A stretch of DNA of 64,000 bases. Source: a virus. Of this stretch, positions 28,800-38,721 are shown piece after piece. Each line of letters begins with the position of its first letter. Position 1 is the first letter of the stretch. The stretch lies in IMG/VR virus record IMGVR_UViG_3300032053_000040, positions 1-64,000 of that record. One strand, given 5' to 3'. The position numbers were made by a program, and so were the translations under genes. The notes under the pieces are model-generated. The model did not search any database. It was not told the origin of the DNA and worked only from the letters and a program-made list of their open reading frames with translations.

Positions 28800-30815
28800 T
28801 TGAATATGTGGGAGGAATTCCTCTCGGATAGGTATTATCCGAAAGTCTTGGATCTAGCCGAGCATTTCCCGGACAGACGTAGCCTTTACGTTAACTTCCG
28901 GGACGTCGAGATATTCAACCCGGAGATGGCGGATCGTATCCTCGAATCGCCACCACAGGAACTCAGTGATGCCCAAACAGCTCTGCGCTCGGTCGACCTA
29001 CCGCTTGACGTAACCTTCGATGAAAACACGTTTCTTCGTATCCTCAACCTCCCCTTAACCCAACGATACCGTGCCAGCCAGCTCCGAGCGGAACACGTCG
29101 GCAAACTAATAGCTATCGAGGGCATGGTCCGGACGGCGACGGAGATCCGGCCTAAGATAGTCTCAGCGATGTACAGGTGCCAGAGGTGCGGCCAGGAGTT
29201 CTTCAAATCTCAATCCGGCTTCCAGTTTGACGACAAGAACATTCGTTGCGACAACGATGCCTGCGATAGGGCCGGTCCCTTCAAGTTACTCCTCGACCAG
29301 AGTCGTTTCATCGATGCCCAACGGTTGCGTCTGCAAGAATCCATCGAGGATATAGGAGCCCGATCCATCCCCCAGATCCTGGAGATAGAGGCCGAAGGAG
29401 ACATAGCAGGCACAATAAACCCCGGCGACCGCGTAATAGTCAACGGCATAATCACCTCGTACAGGAAACCAGGCAATATTGCCCTATCGAACTACTTCGA
29501 ACTCTACATGAAAGTTGTCTCAATCGAGATGGAAGAACAAGAATATGAAGAGATAGACATCTCCATGCAGGACCAGGCCGAGATCCTGAAGCTGGCCCAA
29601 AAAGGAGACGTCCTCGCCCAGTTCAGGCAATCAATAGCTCCTTCAATATACGGAAACGATGTCATAAAGGAGGCCCTCTCCCTTCAACTCGTTTCCTCGC
29701 CAGAAGTCAAGAACTTTGACGGAACAGTCAACCGGGGCGACATCCATGTCCTACTCGTAGGAGATCCTGGTGTAGCCAAGAGCCAGATGCTCAGGTACAT
29801 GGCAAAGATATCTCCCCGGGGCCTCTACACCTCCGGCAAAGGCACCACGTCGGCCGGGCTCACTGCGACCGCAGTAAAGGACGAGCATGGCGACGGTCGC
29901 TGGACTATAGAAGCCGGCGCTCTCCCCCTATCCGACCGGGGCATCTGTTGTATAGATGAAATGGATAAGATGAACGAGAAAGATAGAGAGGGGCTACACG
30001 AGGGCATGGAGCAACAAACCGTAAGTGTCTCAAAGGCAGGCATCTCCGCGACTCTACGTTGCCGCTGTTCCGTCCTGGCCGCTGCGAACCCTACTGCCGG
30101 AAGGTTCGATCGAGCCGGCATAATAGCCGACCAGATCAATCTCCTCCCCACGCTCTTGAGTCGTTTCGACCTAATTTTTATCTGCCTGGACGTGCCCGAC
30201 AAAGACCAGGACCGCGAACTCGCTGATCATATCCTGAACGTGCGAACCCATCCGCAATCCAAAGCTCCCGTCATAGAACCGGCGCTCCTTCGCAAATACA
30301 TAGCCTACGCAAGGAGAAACATCTTCCCCGAACTCTCGGAAGAAGCCGGAAAGGAGATCAAAGAGTTCTGGCTGTCTTTGAGGGGCCAGTACGGGGGCAA
30401 ACCCAACCAGCCCATTCCAACGACTGCGAGACAACTCGAAGCTCTCTACAGGCTGGCATCCGCGTCTGCAAGGCTCAGACTCTCTGCGACTATCGATGGC
30501 CAGGATGCCAAGAAGGCAATCGACCTGACGGAATACTGCATGAAACAGGTCGGAGTCGACCCGGAGACCGGCCTGTTCGACGTAGGCGTGATAGACCTGG
30601 GAACTCCCAAGACGGAATCGGACAAAACGTTAGTCGTAGAACGCATAATCCGAGAACTAGGTCGGCAATCCCAGGGCAAAGCAGCCGAAGAGGAGATCCT
30701 GGCAGCAGCCTTCCAGCAGGGTATAGACGAGGACCGAGCCAGGAATATCATCTCCAGGATGAGGAGGGATGGGCGATTGGTTGAGCCACGAAACGGGTTC
30801 TACTCGTTTCCATAA
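28800..30815 (+). CDS. mcm: MCM replicative helicase
   Basis: Zinc finger, GDPGVAKSQ Walker A, IDEMDKM Walker B, SRFD arginine finger, TARQLEAL; no intein. Confidence 0.97.
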   Translation: MNMWEEFLSDRYYPKVLDLAEHFPDRRSLYVNFRDVEIFNPEMADRILESPPQELSDAQTALRSVDLPLDVTFDENTFLRILNLPLTQRYRASQLRAEHVGKLIAIEGMVRTATEIRPKIVSAMYRCQRCGQEFFKSQSGFQFDDKNIRCDNDACDRAGPFKLLLDQSRFIDAQRLRLQESIEDIGARSIPQILEIEAEGDIAGTINPGDRVIVNGIITSYRKPGNIALSNYFELYMKVVSIEMEEQEYEEIDISMQDQAEILKLAQKGDVLAQFRQSIAPSIYGNDVIKEALSLQLVSSPEVKNFDGTVNRGDIHVLLVGDPGVAKSQMLRYMAKISPRGLYTSGKGTTSAGLTATAVKDEHGDGRWTIEAGALPLSDRGICCIDEMDKMNEKDREGLHEGMEQQTVSVSKAGISATLRCRCSVLAAANPTAGRFDRAGIIADQINLLPTLLSRFDLIFICLDVPDKDQDRELADHILNVRTHPQSKAPVIEPALLRKYIAYARRNIFPELSEEAGKEIKEFWLSLRGQYGGKPNQPIPTTARQLEALYRLASASARLRLSATIDGQDAKKAIDLTEYCMKQVGVDPETGLFDVGVIDLGTPKTESDKTLVVERIIRELGRQSQGKAAEEEILAAAFQQGIDEDRARNIISRMRRDGRLVEPRNGFYSFP

Positions 30816-30853
30816 CGCTCTTCCATAGAAAATATTAAATTAAAGGACTGACC

Positions 30854-31180
30854 TTGAATATCATGATGGAACAAAATACAGTCACGCTGGAATCGCTGAA
30901 GAAGATCGGGTTCAACGAGACGGAGGCCCGGATACTTGCAGTTCTCGATGCCTCTCAGTTCAAGACGACCGTCGAGATAGCCGACGAGCTGCTCTACAAA
31001 CAGTCCCAGATCAGTCGGGCCACAACGCGCCTGGTCGATCTAGGTCTGGTTGAGTTCGGCGAGATCAAGGGCTCTCTAGGTCGCCCGATGAAGGCGTACA
31101 GGTTGGTTCCATCTGCCCTCTGGAACTATCGGCATAGGCTCCTGTCAGAGGCCAGAAAAGCAATCGAGGAGATTGTCTGA
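30854..31180 (+). CDS. TrmB/MarR-like wHTH regulator
   Basis: LKKIGFNETEARIL, QSQISRATTRL, GRPMKAY. Confidence 0.85.
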   Translation: MNIMMEQNTVTLESLKKIGFNETEARILAVLDASQFKTTVEIADELLYKQSQISRATTRLVDLGLVEFGEIKGSLGRPMKAYRLVPSALWNYRHRLLSEARKAIEEIV

Positions 31181-31491
31181 TGGCCAAAGATCTCAGTATC
31201 AACGAAAACCTGATCAAAATCTTTGTAGCCACTGGCATGAGACCCGAAGAAGCCAAGGTGCTGCTCTATATGCTTGATGTCGAAGACGATGCGGTCGTCC
31301 AGTCATATGCAATTCGAGCCGCAACAGGCATGAGCCAGCCCCAGATCTCCAGGGCCTTCCAGGGTCACATCAGACGCGGCTGGATAGATGGCATAAAGCA
31401 TCTCGGGTACATCCGAACAAAGAGCGTCCGGGCTATCAAGATGGAGATCCTCAAAAGTTATCGGGATGTCGTAGCAATGGCATCTATATAG
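31180..31491 (+). CDS. TrmB-like wHTH regulator (paralogue)
   Basis: GMRPEEAKVLLY and TGMSQPQISRA. Confidence 0.8.
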   Translation: MAKDLSINENLIKIFVATGMRPEEAKVLLYMLDVEDDAVVQSYAIRAATGMSQPQISRAFQGHIRRGWIDGIKHLGYIRTKSVRAIKMEILKSYRDVVAMASI

Positions 31492-31522
31492 AATTAAAAA
31501 ACGGAAGGAGGGCACGCATAAT

Positions 31523-32086
31523 ATGATAAACAAGATAACCTTCAAGGCGGACGAGCGGCTAGTGATGGCACTCGATCTGCTCCAGAAGGAAGCCAATTTA
31601 GATAAAGACGACGTGATCAACAGGGCGATCTACTTTTACCTGGATCTCGGAGGTCCGGACGGAGAGTTCCGTCTCAAGATGCAACACGCACTCAAAGACA
31701 TCTTCGGTTTCAACGACCTGGTAGGCCTGGATAAGTTCATCGAACGCCAGGTAGCTTATTATCTATCCCAAAAGGAGCCATCGCCGCCTCCAAAAAACAC
31801 ATCGGACCCATCTATCGTTGAGCAGATCCAGACGTACAAGCCAAAGTTGGACGATGCTCTTGGAATTCTGGCTAACGAGCTTGATGGTGGAAATGATATA
31901 AAAGCGGAGGACGTTGCTGCACGATCTGGTCTAAATGTATCCCTCATGTCGCGAATGCTATCCCATTTCGGGATTAATTCCATTCGCAAACGTGCAAAAG
32001 GCAAACGATCAACCGTCTACGAGCCGGACCAGCTAGACAACGTGAAACAGGCCCTGGAGGGATTGGCAGATGCAAAATCATCATAA
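31523..32086 (+). CDS. RHH plus HTH DNA-binding protein
   Basis: KITFKAD...DVINRAI and AEDVAARSGL. Confidence 0.65.
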   Translation: MINKITFKADERLVMALDLLQKEANLDKDDVINRAIYFYLDLGGPDGEFRLKMQHALKDIFGFNDLVGLDKFIERQVAYYLSQKEPSPPPKNTSDPSIVEQIQTYKPKLDDALGILANELDGGNDIKAEDVAARSGLNVSLMSRMLSHFGINSIRKRAKGKRSTVYEPDQLDNVKQALEGLADAKSS

Positions 32087-32276
32087 AACGGAGATCGCTG
32101 AAGCGGCAAAGAAAGGCGCGCTTAGTTTTCTAACCAAAGATCAAATCACGGACCCCAACGCATGTTCTTACTGTGGTGGACAACTTTGGTATGGGCAATA
32201 TTATGATCGCAAGTTGAAAATGATGAGGTTCACAGAGACACGAAGGTGTGGAAAATGCCATCGTCTAGAGAGGTAA
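32070..32276 (+). CDS. Small zinc-finger protein
   Basis: CSYC and CGKC. Confidence 0.6.
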   Translation: MQNHHKTEIAEAAKKGALSFLTKDQITDPNACSYCGGQLWYGQYYDRKLKMMRFTETRRCGKCHRLER

Positions 32277-32313
32277 AGCGAAAAAAATATAAGCTGCGGA
32301 GGTGAACAAGGAT

Positions 32314-32430
32314 ATCAGGATAGGCTACGACAACTAAAGTGACTTCTGGATAAGATCTTGGGGTTCTAATTGTATCACCACATATACCTTCCCCAGGATC
32401 GCTGTCGAGGCCTATCCTGATTTCTTCTCT
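32314..32430 (+). ncRNA. Candidate structured RNA B
   Basis: 12-bp terminal stem atcaggataggc/gcctatcctgat, inner stems, own TATA, TTCTTCTCT tail. Confidence 0.6.
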
Positions 32431-32432
32431 AA

Positions 32433-32711
32433 ATGCGACTCATTAAGCGGATCGATATAGACGTTTTCATGGTAGAGTCGACTGACGGCGACAAGTGCTA
32501 CCGTGTGGAGTACGTGCGGGGTGTCTGGGTCTGCAATTGTACCGGCTTCCTCATGCACGGCATGTACCAGGACAAAGATTGCATCCATATCGCAGTAGTC
32601 AAGCAAAAGTTCCCAGAGATCAGTCGACGCGCATCCACGATCAAAGTCCGTTGCTCCAATCCTCTAGGATACGAGATAGATATGCTGGCCTGGGCCAGAG
32701 GTGAGGTCTAA
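32433..32711 (+). CDS. SWIM zinc-finger protein
   Basis: WVCNC...DCIHI. Confidence 0.8.
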   Translation: MRLIKRIDIDVFMVESTDGDKCYRVEYVRGVWVCNCTGFLMHGMYQDKDCIHIAVVKQKFPEISRRASTIKVRCSNPLGYEIDMLAWARGEV

Positions 32712-32848
32712 AGATGCAGAAGTTAAGGGATGACGGAATGGAAAAAGACAACGATATCCCCGATCTGGTTGAGGTACTTGCGGTACTGATCTGCTGGATT
32801 GGTATGATTGTTTTTGTGTATCTCTCTCGATGAAGGTGGTTAGCAAAC

Positions 32849-33106
32849 ATGTGTAACGTTTCAGGTGTAAGCAGGGCGATGATAGCCCACGGGTTGATAG
32901 AAGCAGTAAAGCAACTGCCAAATGGCAGGAGTTTTCTTCTGAAAGATGTCGTCCAGAACATGAATCCTGGAAATGCAGCGACTCTGCTCAAGTTCCGGGG
33001 TCTTATCAGGTTGGCTAATAGGGGGCCCTACGGTAATCCCCATTCTTGGAGAACCACGGAGAAACACCGGAGGCTTCTTGAATACTGGGAGGAGCGGGGG
33101 GTATGA
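32849..33106 (+). CDS. Hypothetical protein
   Basis: ORF track. Confidence 0.55.
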   Translation: MCNVSGVSRAMIAHGLIEAVKQLPNGRSFLLKDVVQNMNPGNAATLLKFRGLIRLANRGPYGNPHSWRTTEKHRRLLEYWEERGV

Positions 33107-33107
33107 C

Positions 33108-33425
33108 ATGAACCCAGTTGAATCGATGGGTCTACTCGTGATAGGTGGAATCCTAATCTGGATGATTTGCACAAAGATTACAGATAGTCGCGATCTCCCC
33201 TATCCGATGGAACATATCTACCTGAAGAGGCTAGACCCGGAGGTGGGCACGAAAAACCTACCTCCATGGACAATTATTAATGATTTCAAGTGGACGTATT
33301 CAGAGTCAGATCGAGCCTACATCGCGTTTCATAAAAACCAAAAATTCAAGTTACTCCAGATCGCAGCTCGCGGAACCTATGCGGTAGCAGTAGAACGCAT
33401 CTTTGGGTTCGATATGACAATTTAA
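33108..33425 (+). CDS. Membrane-anchored hypothetical protein
   Basis: Likely start MNPVES; TM helix. Confidence 0.55.
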   Translation: MNPVESMGLLVIGGILIWMICTKITDSRDLPYPMEHIYLKRLDPEVGTKNLPPWTIINDFKWTYSESDRAYIAFHKNQKFKLLQIAARGTYAVAVERIFGFDMTI

Positions 33426-33443
33426 TAGAAAAAGAAATAAAGT

Positions 33444-33776
33444 ATGACCGATGCAACTTCCGTTATGAATCCGGTGAAAAAGTTACTGGAGTTGGACAGG
33501 CAGGCCGGCGAGAAGCTCACGGCCAGGCTGGAAGAGGCGGAGGCTTCTGAAGGCGGTAAGAAAACCAAACGAGGGCTTCAGATTGCGGTCTCCCTTGTTC
33601 TCATCCTGGGAGGGTTCTTTTTTATACTCGTTGGTGTGGGGATGATCGCAACGTTAATAGGAATACCTCTCGGTATAGGATTCCTTCTAGCTGGGGGTGC
33701 TCTAATCGCAGCCGGCGCGAAGTTCTGGAATTTCAAACCAGGGACGGAAAAAGATATAAGTTCAGGAGGTGCATAG
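33444..33776 (+). CDS. Membrane protein
   Basis: Long hydrophobic region with TLIGIPLGI. Confidence 0.75.
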   Translation: MTDATSVMNPVKKLLELDRQAGEKLTARLEEAEASEGGKKTKRGLQIAVSLVLILGGFFFILVGVGMIATLIGIPLGIGFLLAGGALIAAGAKFWNFKPGTEKDISSGGA

Positions 33777-33779
33777 AAG

Positions 33780-33945
33780 ACCTGGGACGAGCAGAACAAG
33801 TCGACTTACCCTATTTGTCGAATCCCTTCGATATCTACACCTCCGCTGGCGAAGCGTCCGGTGGCATCCGGGCCGGCGGAAAACCTGGTCGGCTCTTAGA
33901 TCACTCATCCGTTGAGACTGCTCGTCCCGGTTCTTCTTCTCTTTA
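33780..33945 (+). ncRNA. Candidate structured RNA C
   Basis: Terminal stem gggacgagcag/ctgctcgtccc; same promoter motif and TTCTTCTCT tail as RNA B. Confidence 0.6.
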
Positions 33946-33969
33946 GTCTGCGGCAAACAGAGGTGTTTT

Positions 33970-34317
33970 TTGATGGATAACGAAGAGTTCATGCGCATAG
34001 TGGGTTGTCGAATGGCTAAATGTCTATCAGTGCTGGAGCCAAAGGGGAAAGAGTATTCTCGTTCACATGACCGCCTATGGAACTTCCGGCGAGCTGGCGA
34101 GATTCTAGGAAACACTCCAGAAGACGCATGTCTAGGAATGATGGTGAAACATTTCGTCAGCATAATGGATATGGTCCGGGACTGCAACGAGGGCAAATCC
34201 ACCCCACAGGTGACCAAAGATGAGAAGTTCAACGATCTCCATAACTATCTCTACCTGCTCGAAGCCCTAATCAGCGAACACAACAATCCGACGCTGGAAG
34301 ATGATACCGAACTATGA
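33970..34317 (+). CDS. All-alpha nucleotide pyrophosphatase-like protein (nucleotide-modification-associated)
   Basis: KGKEYS...NF...KH...DLHNYLYL pattern. Confidence 0.6.
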   Translation: MMDNEEFMRIVGCRMAKCLSVLEPKGKEYSRSHDRLWNFRRAGEILGNTPEDACLGMMVKHFVSIMDMVRDCNEGKSTPQVTKDEKFNDLHNYLYLLEALISEHNNPTLEDDTEL

Positions 34318-34628
34318 AATACTTAGATGAACTGGATTTAACACCATTAGAGTTTATCTGGCTTGGGATAATAATTATAATGGCGACAATATGGTTGTTC
34401 CTAATAATCATATTGATTAGGGTATTTATTTAGGATGGAGACTTCTGGTGAGTATGACCAGCCAGTGCGACTCCTGTGGCGCCGAAACATGCGAAGGATG
34501 TACTGCCGTCCCTTTTATGAGCATCGAGACAGATGACGGCCTCCATCTCATCATTCCTCCGTGGAACAAGAAGAAGCCACCAGAAGAAGTGAAATCAAAA
34601 TGGGACGTCCCGATCTATATCTAAAACC

Positions 34629-35000
34629 ATGAAACCAAGATCAGCTAAAGCAAAAGGACGCTCGTTACAGAACGAGGTCCGCAACCAGATCTGCGACCAG
34701 ATGTTGATCTCTCCGATAGACGTTCGGTCCACTCCGTCGAGCTCATCAGGCTGCGACATAATCCTATCCGGTGCGGCTAGACAAAAATTTCCCTGGGCCG
34801 TCGAATGTAAAAAGGTAGAACGGCTCAACGTCTGGTCTGCCTGGGACCAGGCCGCCAGGAACGCAGCCAAAGAATCTCTCAATCCTCTCCTAGTGATCAA
34901 AAGGAACCGCAGCGAAACGCTGGTGGTCCTCAAGTGGGACGACTTCATGGAATTAAACAAGCAGAGGTGCAAATGTCCTCCGACAACGCCCTCGTCTTGA
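34629..35000 (+). CDS. Holliday junction resolvase (PD-(D/E)xK)
   Basis: AKAKGRSLQ, GCDI, AVECK, LLVIKRNR. Confidence 0.85.
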   Translation: MKPRSAKAKGRSLQNEVRNQICDQMLISPIDVRSTPSSSSGCDIILSGAARQKFPWAVECKKVERLNVWSAWDQAARNAAKESLNPLLVIKRNRSETLVVLKWDDFMELNKQRCKCPPTTPSS

Positions 35001-35212
35001 CCTACGATAGCAATTCAGACATCTACGAACTTGTAGATCGCGCCGTGGGGCAGCCAAACGAAAAAGGAATAACAGTCCTTCGAACTCCAAGTCTCTTCAG
35101 TGCTCTCTCGTGCGCAGAGTCCTATCTGAGGGAGAACCCGGTTGAATACGGTCTGAGGTTGCGTGGCTTCAATTCGCCTCGTGAAGATCCTGAGCCATCC
35201 AGTGGCGATTGA
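34973..35212 (+). CDS. Hypothetical protein
   Basis: GAGGTG RBS before the ATG at 34973. Confidence 0.5.
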   Translation: MSSDNALVLTYDSNSDIYELVDRAVGQPNEKGITVLRTPSLFSALSCAESYLRENPVEYGLRLRGFNSPREDPEPSSGD

Positions 35213-35336
35213 GATCATGGTCTCACCAGTAGCGATGCGGATGACCATATTCCTGATCAAACTATCGATACTGACTATGATCTCCAGGTAACTTTAAATA
35301 TCATAAAAACTTATTTAATAAACAGGTGGGTTTAGA

Positions 35337-35627
35337 TTGGACGACAAAATCCAAATCGAAACAATTGCCTGGCGAGATATTGAGCAAGATTTCATAGTCG
35401 AGCTTCATGCAGAAAAGGAGGTGTACCAGGAATTCTTAAAAATACTAGGCGACAACCAGCCTGAAAAGCAATATATCACCGCTCGCCACGATGGCAAAAA
35501 GGTTCTGGTCCGCACAATCCTAAACCGCGATCAGTTGAACAAGCTAATCATGCTTGCGTGCCCGGAAAGATACATGAAGCTCCAGGGTGAGATTGAAAGC
35601 GCAATTATCGAATCAAAATTACGGTAA
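35337..35627 (+). CDS. Hypothetical protein
   Basis: ORF with upstream TATA. Confidence 0.6.
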   Translation: MDDKIQIETIAWRDIEQDFIVELHAEKEVYQEFLKILGDNQPEKQYITARHDGKKVLVRTILNRDQLNKLIMLACPERYMKLQGEIESAIIESKLR

Positions 35628-35630
35628 GGA

Positions 35631-35993
35631 GTGATTGAAAGAATGAGTGAACTAGGCGAAGCGGTAGACGCCATTATGGAAACGGCACAGAAGGCATCGC
35701 ACATCAATTACGACAGTCGTGGAGACATGGAAGCCAAGAACAAAAAGCTGAGGATGATCTCACAGCTTCTTGGCGACATCAAAGGATACCTCAAGGAGGC
35801 CCAGAAAGCCGAAAAGGACGAAGCGGCCATGCTAGGCAGCATCTTCCTCACCGACAGCCGGCACGTCTCTCTGGACGAGTTCGAGGACGTTCTCGTAACG
35901 CCAGGAGAGGATGTACCAGCGGGCGATCTTGCAGAGGATATAGCCAATCCACCCGGCCTACTTTCTGGAGGAGACGACACGGAGGTATCTTGA
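35631..35993 (+). CDS. Hypothetical protein
   Basis: ORF track. Confidence 0.6.
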   Translation: MIERMSELGEAVDAIMETAQKASHINYDSRGDMEAKNKKLRMISQLLGDIKGYLKEAQKAEKDEAAMLGSIFLTDSRHVSLDEFEDVLVTPGEDVPAGDLAEDIANPPGLLSGGDDTEVS

Positions 35994-36544
35994 GTTCAGG
36001 CCCCCTCCCCCCCTCCGCACCTCCCCCCCCTCCCCCGGGATCAACCGCCCAGCACAATGAATCACAGGACATATCCCTGCGCTCGGCACCGGGTACATGT
36101 TGTCCCGAAATGCAAATCAAGGACGGCATATGCGAAGGCTGCGGGAAAGTCTACATTGCGCAGAGGCTCGACGCACTTTACGCCAGGATCCCGGACTTCA
36201 AGTGTCTCGAAGGCTGCTCTCAGTGCTGCGGCGCGGCAGTCCCGATGCTCGAGATAGAGTCCGAGAGGTTCAAACACAAACGCCGCACCACGAACTTCCA
36301 CCATTGCCCACATCTTAAGAAAGGCAAATGCGACGAGTACGACAAGAGGCCGATGATCTGTCGAATGTTTGGCACCAGCGAGCACCCCCATCTCAGATGC
36401 CCGATAAACAAAAGCCCCAAGAAGCTATTGACACTGGGAGAGACCAACGAGATCATGAAGGAGTACGAGACGTTAGCTCCTCTCGGCCTACCGTTTCTGA
36501 TCAAACGAACTGGATCCATAAGGATCATAGGCAGGCGAGCATGA
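35990..36544 (+). CDS. YkgJ/FliB-type Cys-cluster protein
   Basis: CLEGCSQCC...CPHL...C..Y..RPMICRMF. Confidence 0.8.
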   Translation: MSSGPLPPSAPPPPPPGSTAQHNESQDISLRSAPGTCCPEMQIKDGICEGCGKVYIAQRLDALYARIPDFKCLEGCSQCCGAAVPMLEIESERFKHKRRTTNFHHCPHLKKGKCDEYDKRPMICRMFGTSEHPHLRCPINKSPKKLLTLGETNEIMKEYETLAPLGLPFLIKRTGSIRIIGRRA

Positions 36545-36647
36545 ACTGGGCTCTATCGTGGGCAGAGATCGTCGCGATTGTGGCATGTTTCCTAGCAGGA
36601 TTCCTGATGATTCCCATTCTTCGCGTCTTGGGGATCCGGGGGCGAAC

Positions 36648-36911
36648 GTGAGCAAGAAACGTGACATTCTAGCAGTCATCGCATCACTCATCTCCGTATT
36701 ATCCTTCCTGGCCTACCTGATATCAATTCTTAACGGTAGCGTCCCTATTTCGACGACCACGACCGACGACGGCCAGCAGACGATAGTGTACTTCAAGTTC
36801 ATAGACCAGGGCAATTACTACATCCTAGACTACAACGATAGCCTCCACCAGGTCGGCAAGAAAGACTTTGAGGATGCAGAGATCATGAAACCAGTGAGGA
36901 TACGGAAATGA
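36648..36911 (+). CDS. Membrane protein
   Basis: GTG start; TM helix. Confidence 0.55.
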   Translation: MSKKRDILAVIASLISVLSFLAYLISILNGSVPISTTTTDDGQQTIVYFKFIDQGNYYILDYNDSLHQVGKKDFEDAEIMKPVRIRK

Positions 36912-37330
36912 CCGACAAGCTAACAACACATATCAAAGGACTAAGATATTATCACTCAGGTCACTCAGCATATGCAGCAAAACCGGATTGCATCATCGAC
37001 GAATCACCGCTGCAATTCGATTACTCCCTTTACCCAATGCCCCCTAGCAAATCGATGCTATCGAGCATATTATTTACTCCCCCCACAAAAAGTGATATCC
37101 GCGAACGCCTGGCAGCATTAGCACACGATCAATGGAGCGGCTGGATGAAGTACCTATTCAAGAAATGCCAGATGAACGATGACGGCACGGTGACGATTCC
37201 GGCCTGGGCAGTCGAAAGATGGTCCCGTCAGATGTTAACGGGATATAAAGACCTGCCAGAGGATGAGAAGGAGAGCGACCGGAAAGAGGCCGACAGATAC
37301 CTGATGATAATCAATGAGAACGGGAGGTGA
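36908..37330 (+). CDS. RyR-repeat-like protein
   Basis: LAALAHDQW...YKDLPEDEKESDR. Confidence 0.65.
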   Translation: MTDKLTTHIKGLRYYHSGHSAYAAKPDCIIDESPLQFDYSLYPMPPSKSMLSSILFTPPTKSDIRERLAALAHDQWSGWMKYLFKKCQMNDDGTVTIPAWAVERWSRQMLTGYKDLPEDEKESDRKEADRYLMIINENGR

Positions 37331-37617
37331 TAGATTTGATAGATAGGACAAAGATAGACGAAGCAATTAAAGAAATCAGTGAAGCCAAGGCACAAAACAG
37401 GGAACCAGAAGTTAGCCTTCTTGGTACCCTACTCGAATCCATTGCGTTGCACGTCGAAAGAAGGATAGACGAGAAGATAGCAGAGGCCCTAAATATTCGA
37501 AATAAGGAGATCAAGGATCTGCGTGGAGATAGAGACGACGCTAGAAAAGAGATCGCATGGCTACGAGCAAAAGAAGACAAAGGAATCTCCTCACCAAATG
37601 GAGGCACTGGAGGATAA
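37327..37617 (+). CDS. Coiled-coil hypothetical protein
   Basis: ORF track. Confidence 0.6.
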   Translation: MIDLIDRTKIDEAIKEISEAKAQNREPEVSLLGTLLESIALHVERRIDEKIAEALNIRNKEIKDLRGDRDDARKEIAWLRAKEDKGISSPNGGTGG

Positions 37618-37620
37618 GCC

Positions 37621-37899
37621 ATGACGCACAAGATCTACTATTCCAAAAAACAGGACGATGTTTATCTATCTTCCTGCTCCAGCCATGATCTCTTCTCATT
37701 TTACGCATACGCCAAGCTCACTGATGGTAGAATCGTCCGATATACTGAGATGTGTGATGGAGAACCAAGTGGAAAGTGGGACGATTATATATTCCTGGGA
37801 GAAGGGGATTGGTACCGCTCCTCAGATAAGCTTTTAGCAGGTCCTGATATCTGTAATTTTCCAGGATCCTCAGCAGCGGAGGCCGGTGACAAGTCATGA
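37621..37899 (+). CDS. Hypothetical protein
   Basis: ORF with RBS. Confidence 0.6.
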   Translation: MTHKIYYSKKQDDVYLSSCSSHDLFSFYAYAKLTDGRIVRYTEMCDGEPSGKWDDYIFLGEGDWYRSSDKLLAGPDICNFPGSSAAEAGDKS

Positions 37900-38011
37900 G
37901 ATCCGAAGAGGAGATTCGAGAAATGCGTGAAAGTAACCACACACGCCGAGCAAATTTGAGTAGATGGATGGCGTTCCTCCGATGGTTCGGCCCGGAGAAG
38001 CAGGAGGAACG

Positions 38012-38164
38012 ATGACTGCAATTTTCTGGAGATGTCAGAACTGCGGAAAAGAATTCCCTGGCGGGATATACCCCACACGGCCGTGTGAATTCTGCCAAGG
38101 ATCTGTAGTAGAGTACACATATGCAGACCCTGAATTACAAATCGGAGGACACCATGCCCATTGA
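38012..38164 (+). CDS. Small zinc-ribbon protein
   Basis: CQNC and CEFC. Confidence 0.55.
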   Translation: MTAIFWRCQNCGKEFPGGIYPTRPCEFCQGSVVEYTYADPELQIGGHHAH

Positions 38165-38573
38165 CGACGCTTGGCTTCAGCGGGTGCGAGAACTTTGTGA
38201 TGATGAGTCGGCTAGAATATTCGAAGAAGAAATCCGAGGGATATTAGATACGCCCGATGCCCGAGCAAGACAGAAGGCTATTTATAAGTATCTCCTTGAA
38301 CATCTGAAAGAAGCCCTGGCCGAAATCGAGAAGATTTGGGTCGAGATCGATGAGCATACCTTAAAACGAATCGAAGCGGAAGCCAGATTAGGGGCATCTA
38401 TCCAAGATTTTGAAGAGAAAATTGAAGAGAGTGATACCAAACTCTCCCAGCTCCGCGAGGCGCTGGTGTGCGAGCGGGCAAAACCAATATGGGGCGACAA
38501 GGATGAAGCCCGCCATCTACTTGCCGAGGAATATCCTGATTTAGCCCCCTGGCGCGAAGAGGATGCGAAATGA
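38154..38573 (+). CDS. Hypothetical protein
   Basis: GGAGG RBS before MPIDD. Confidence 0.6.
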   Translation: MPIDDAWLQRVRELCDDESARIFEEEIRGILDTPDARARQKAIYKYLLEHLKEALAEIEKIWVEIDEHTLKRIEAEARLGASIQDFEEKIEESDTKLSQLREALVCERAKPIWGDKDEARHLLAEEYPDLAPWREEDAK

Positions 38574-38721
38574 GCGAGATGAAAGTCGATGCAGGAGTTG
38601 TTATTGATTTTGAGAATTCCACGGTAAGACAAGGACCCACTATTGTGGGCATGGTACGAGGTCTTGAAAAAGAGATCGTCGCCATCAAGAAGCGTCTCGA
38701 TGCCCTGGAGGATGCGAAATC

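Noticed and set aside
28800-30815. Inteins in MCM or TerL
   Set aside because: Lengths and motif spacing are normal, with no intein signatures.
32367-32380. Similarity of the RNA B loop (taattgt) to the TnpB guide start
   Set aside because: Only a 7-nt match, expected by chance in 64 kb.
36000-36038. C-rich tract as a functional G-quadruplex on the minus strand
   Set aside because: Explained by a polyproline-coding stretch.
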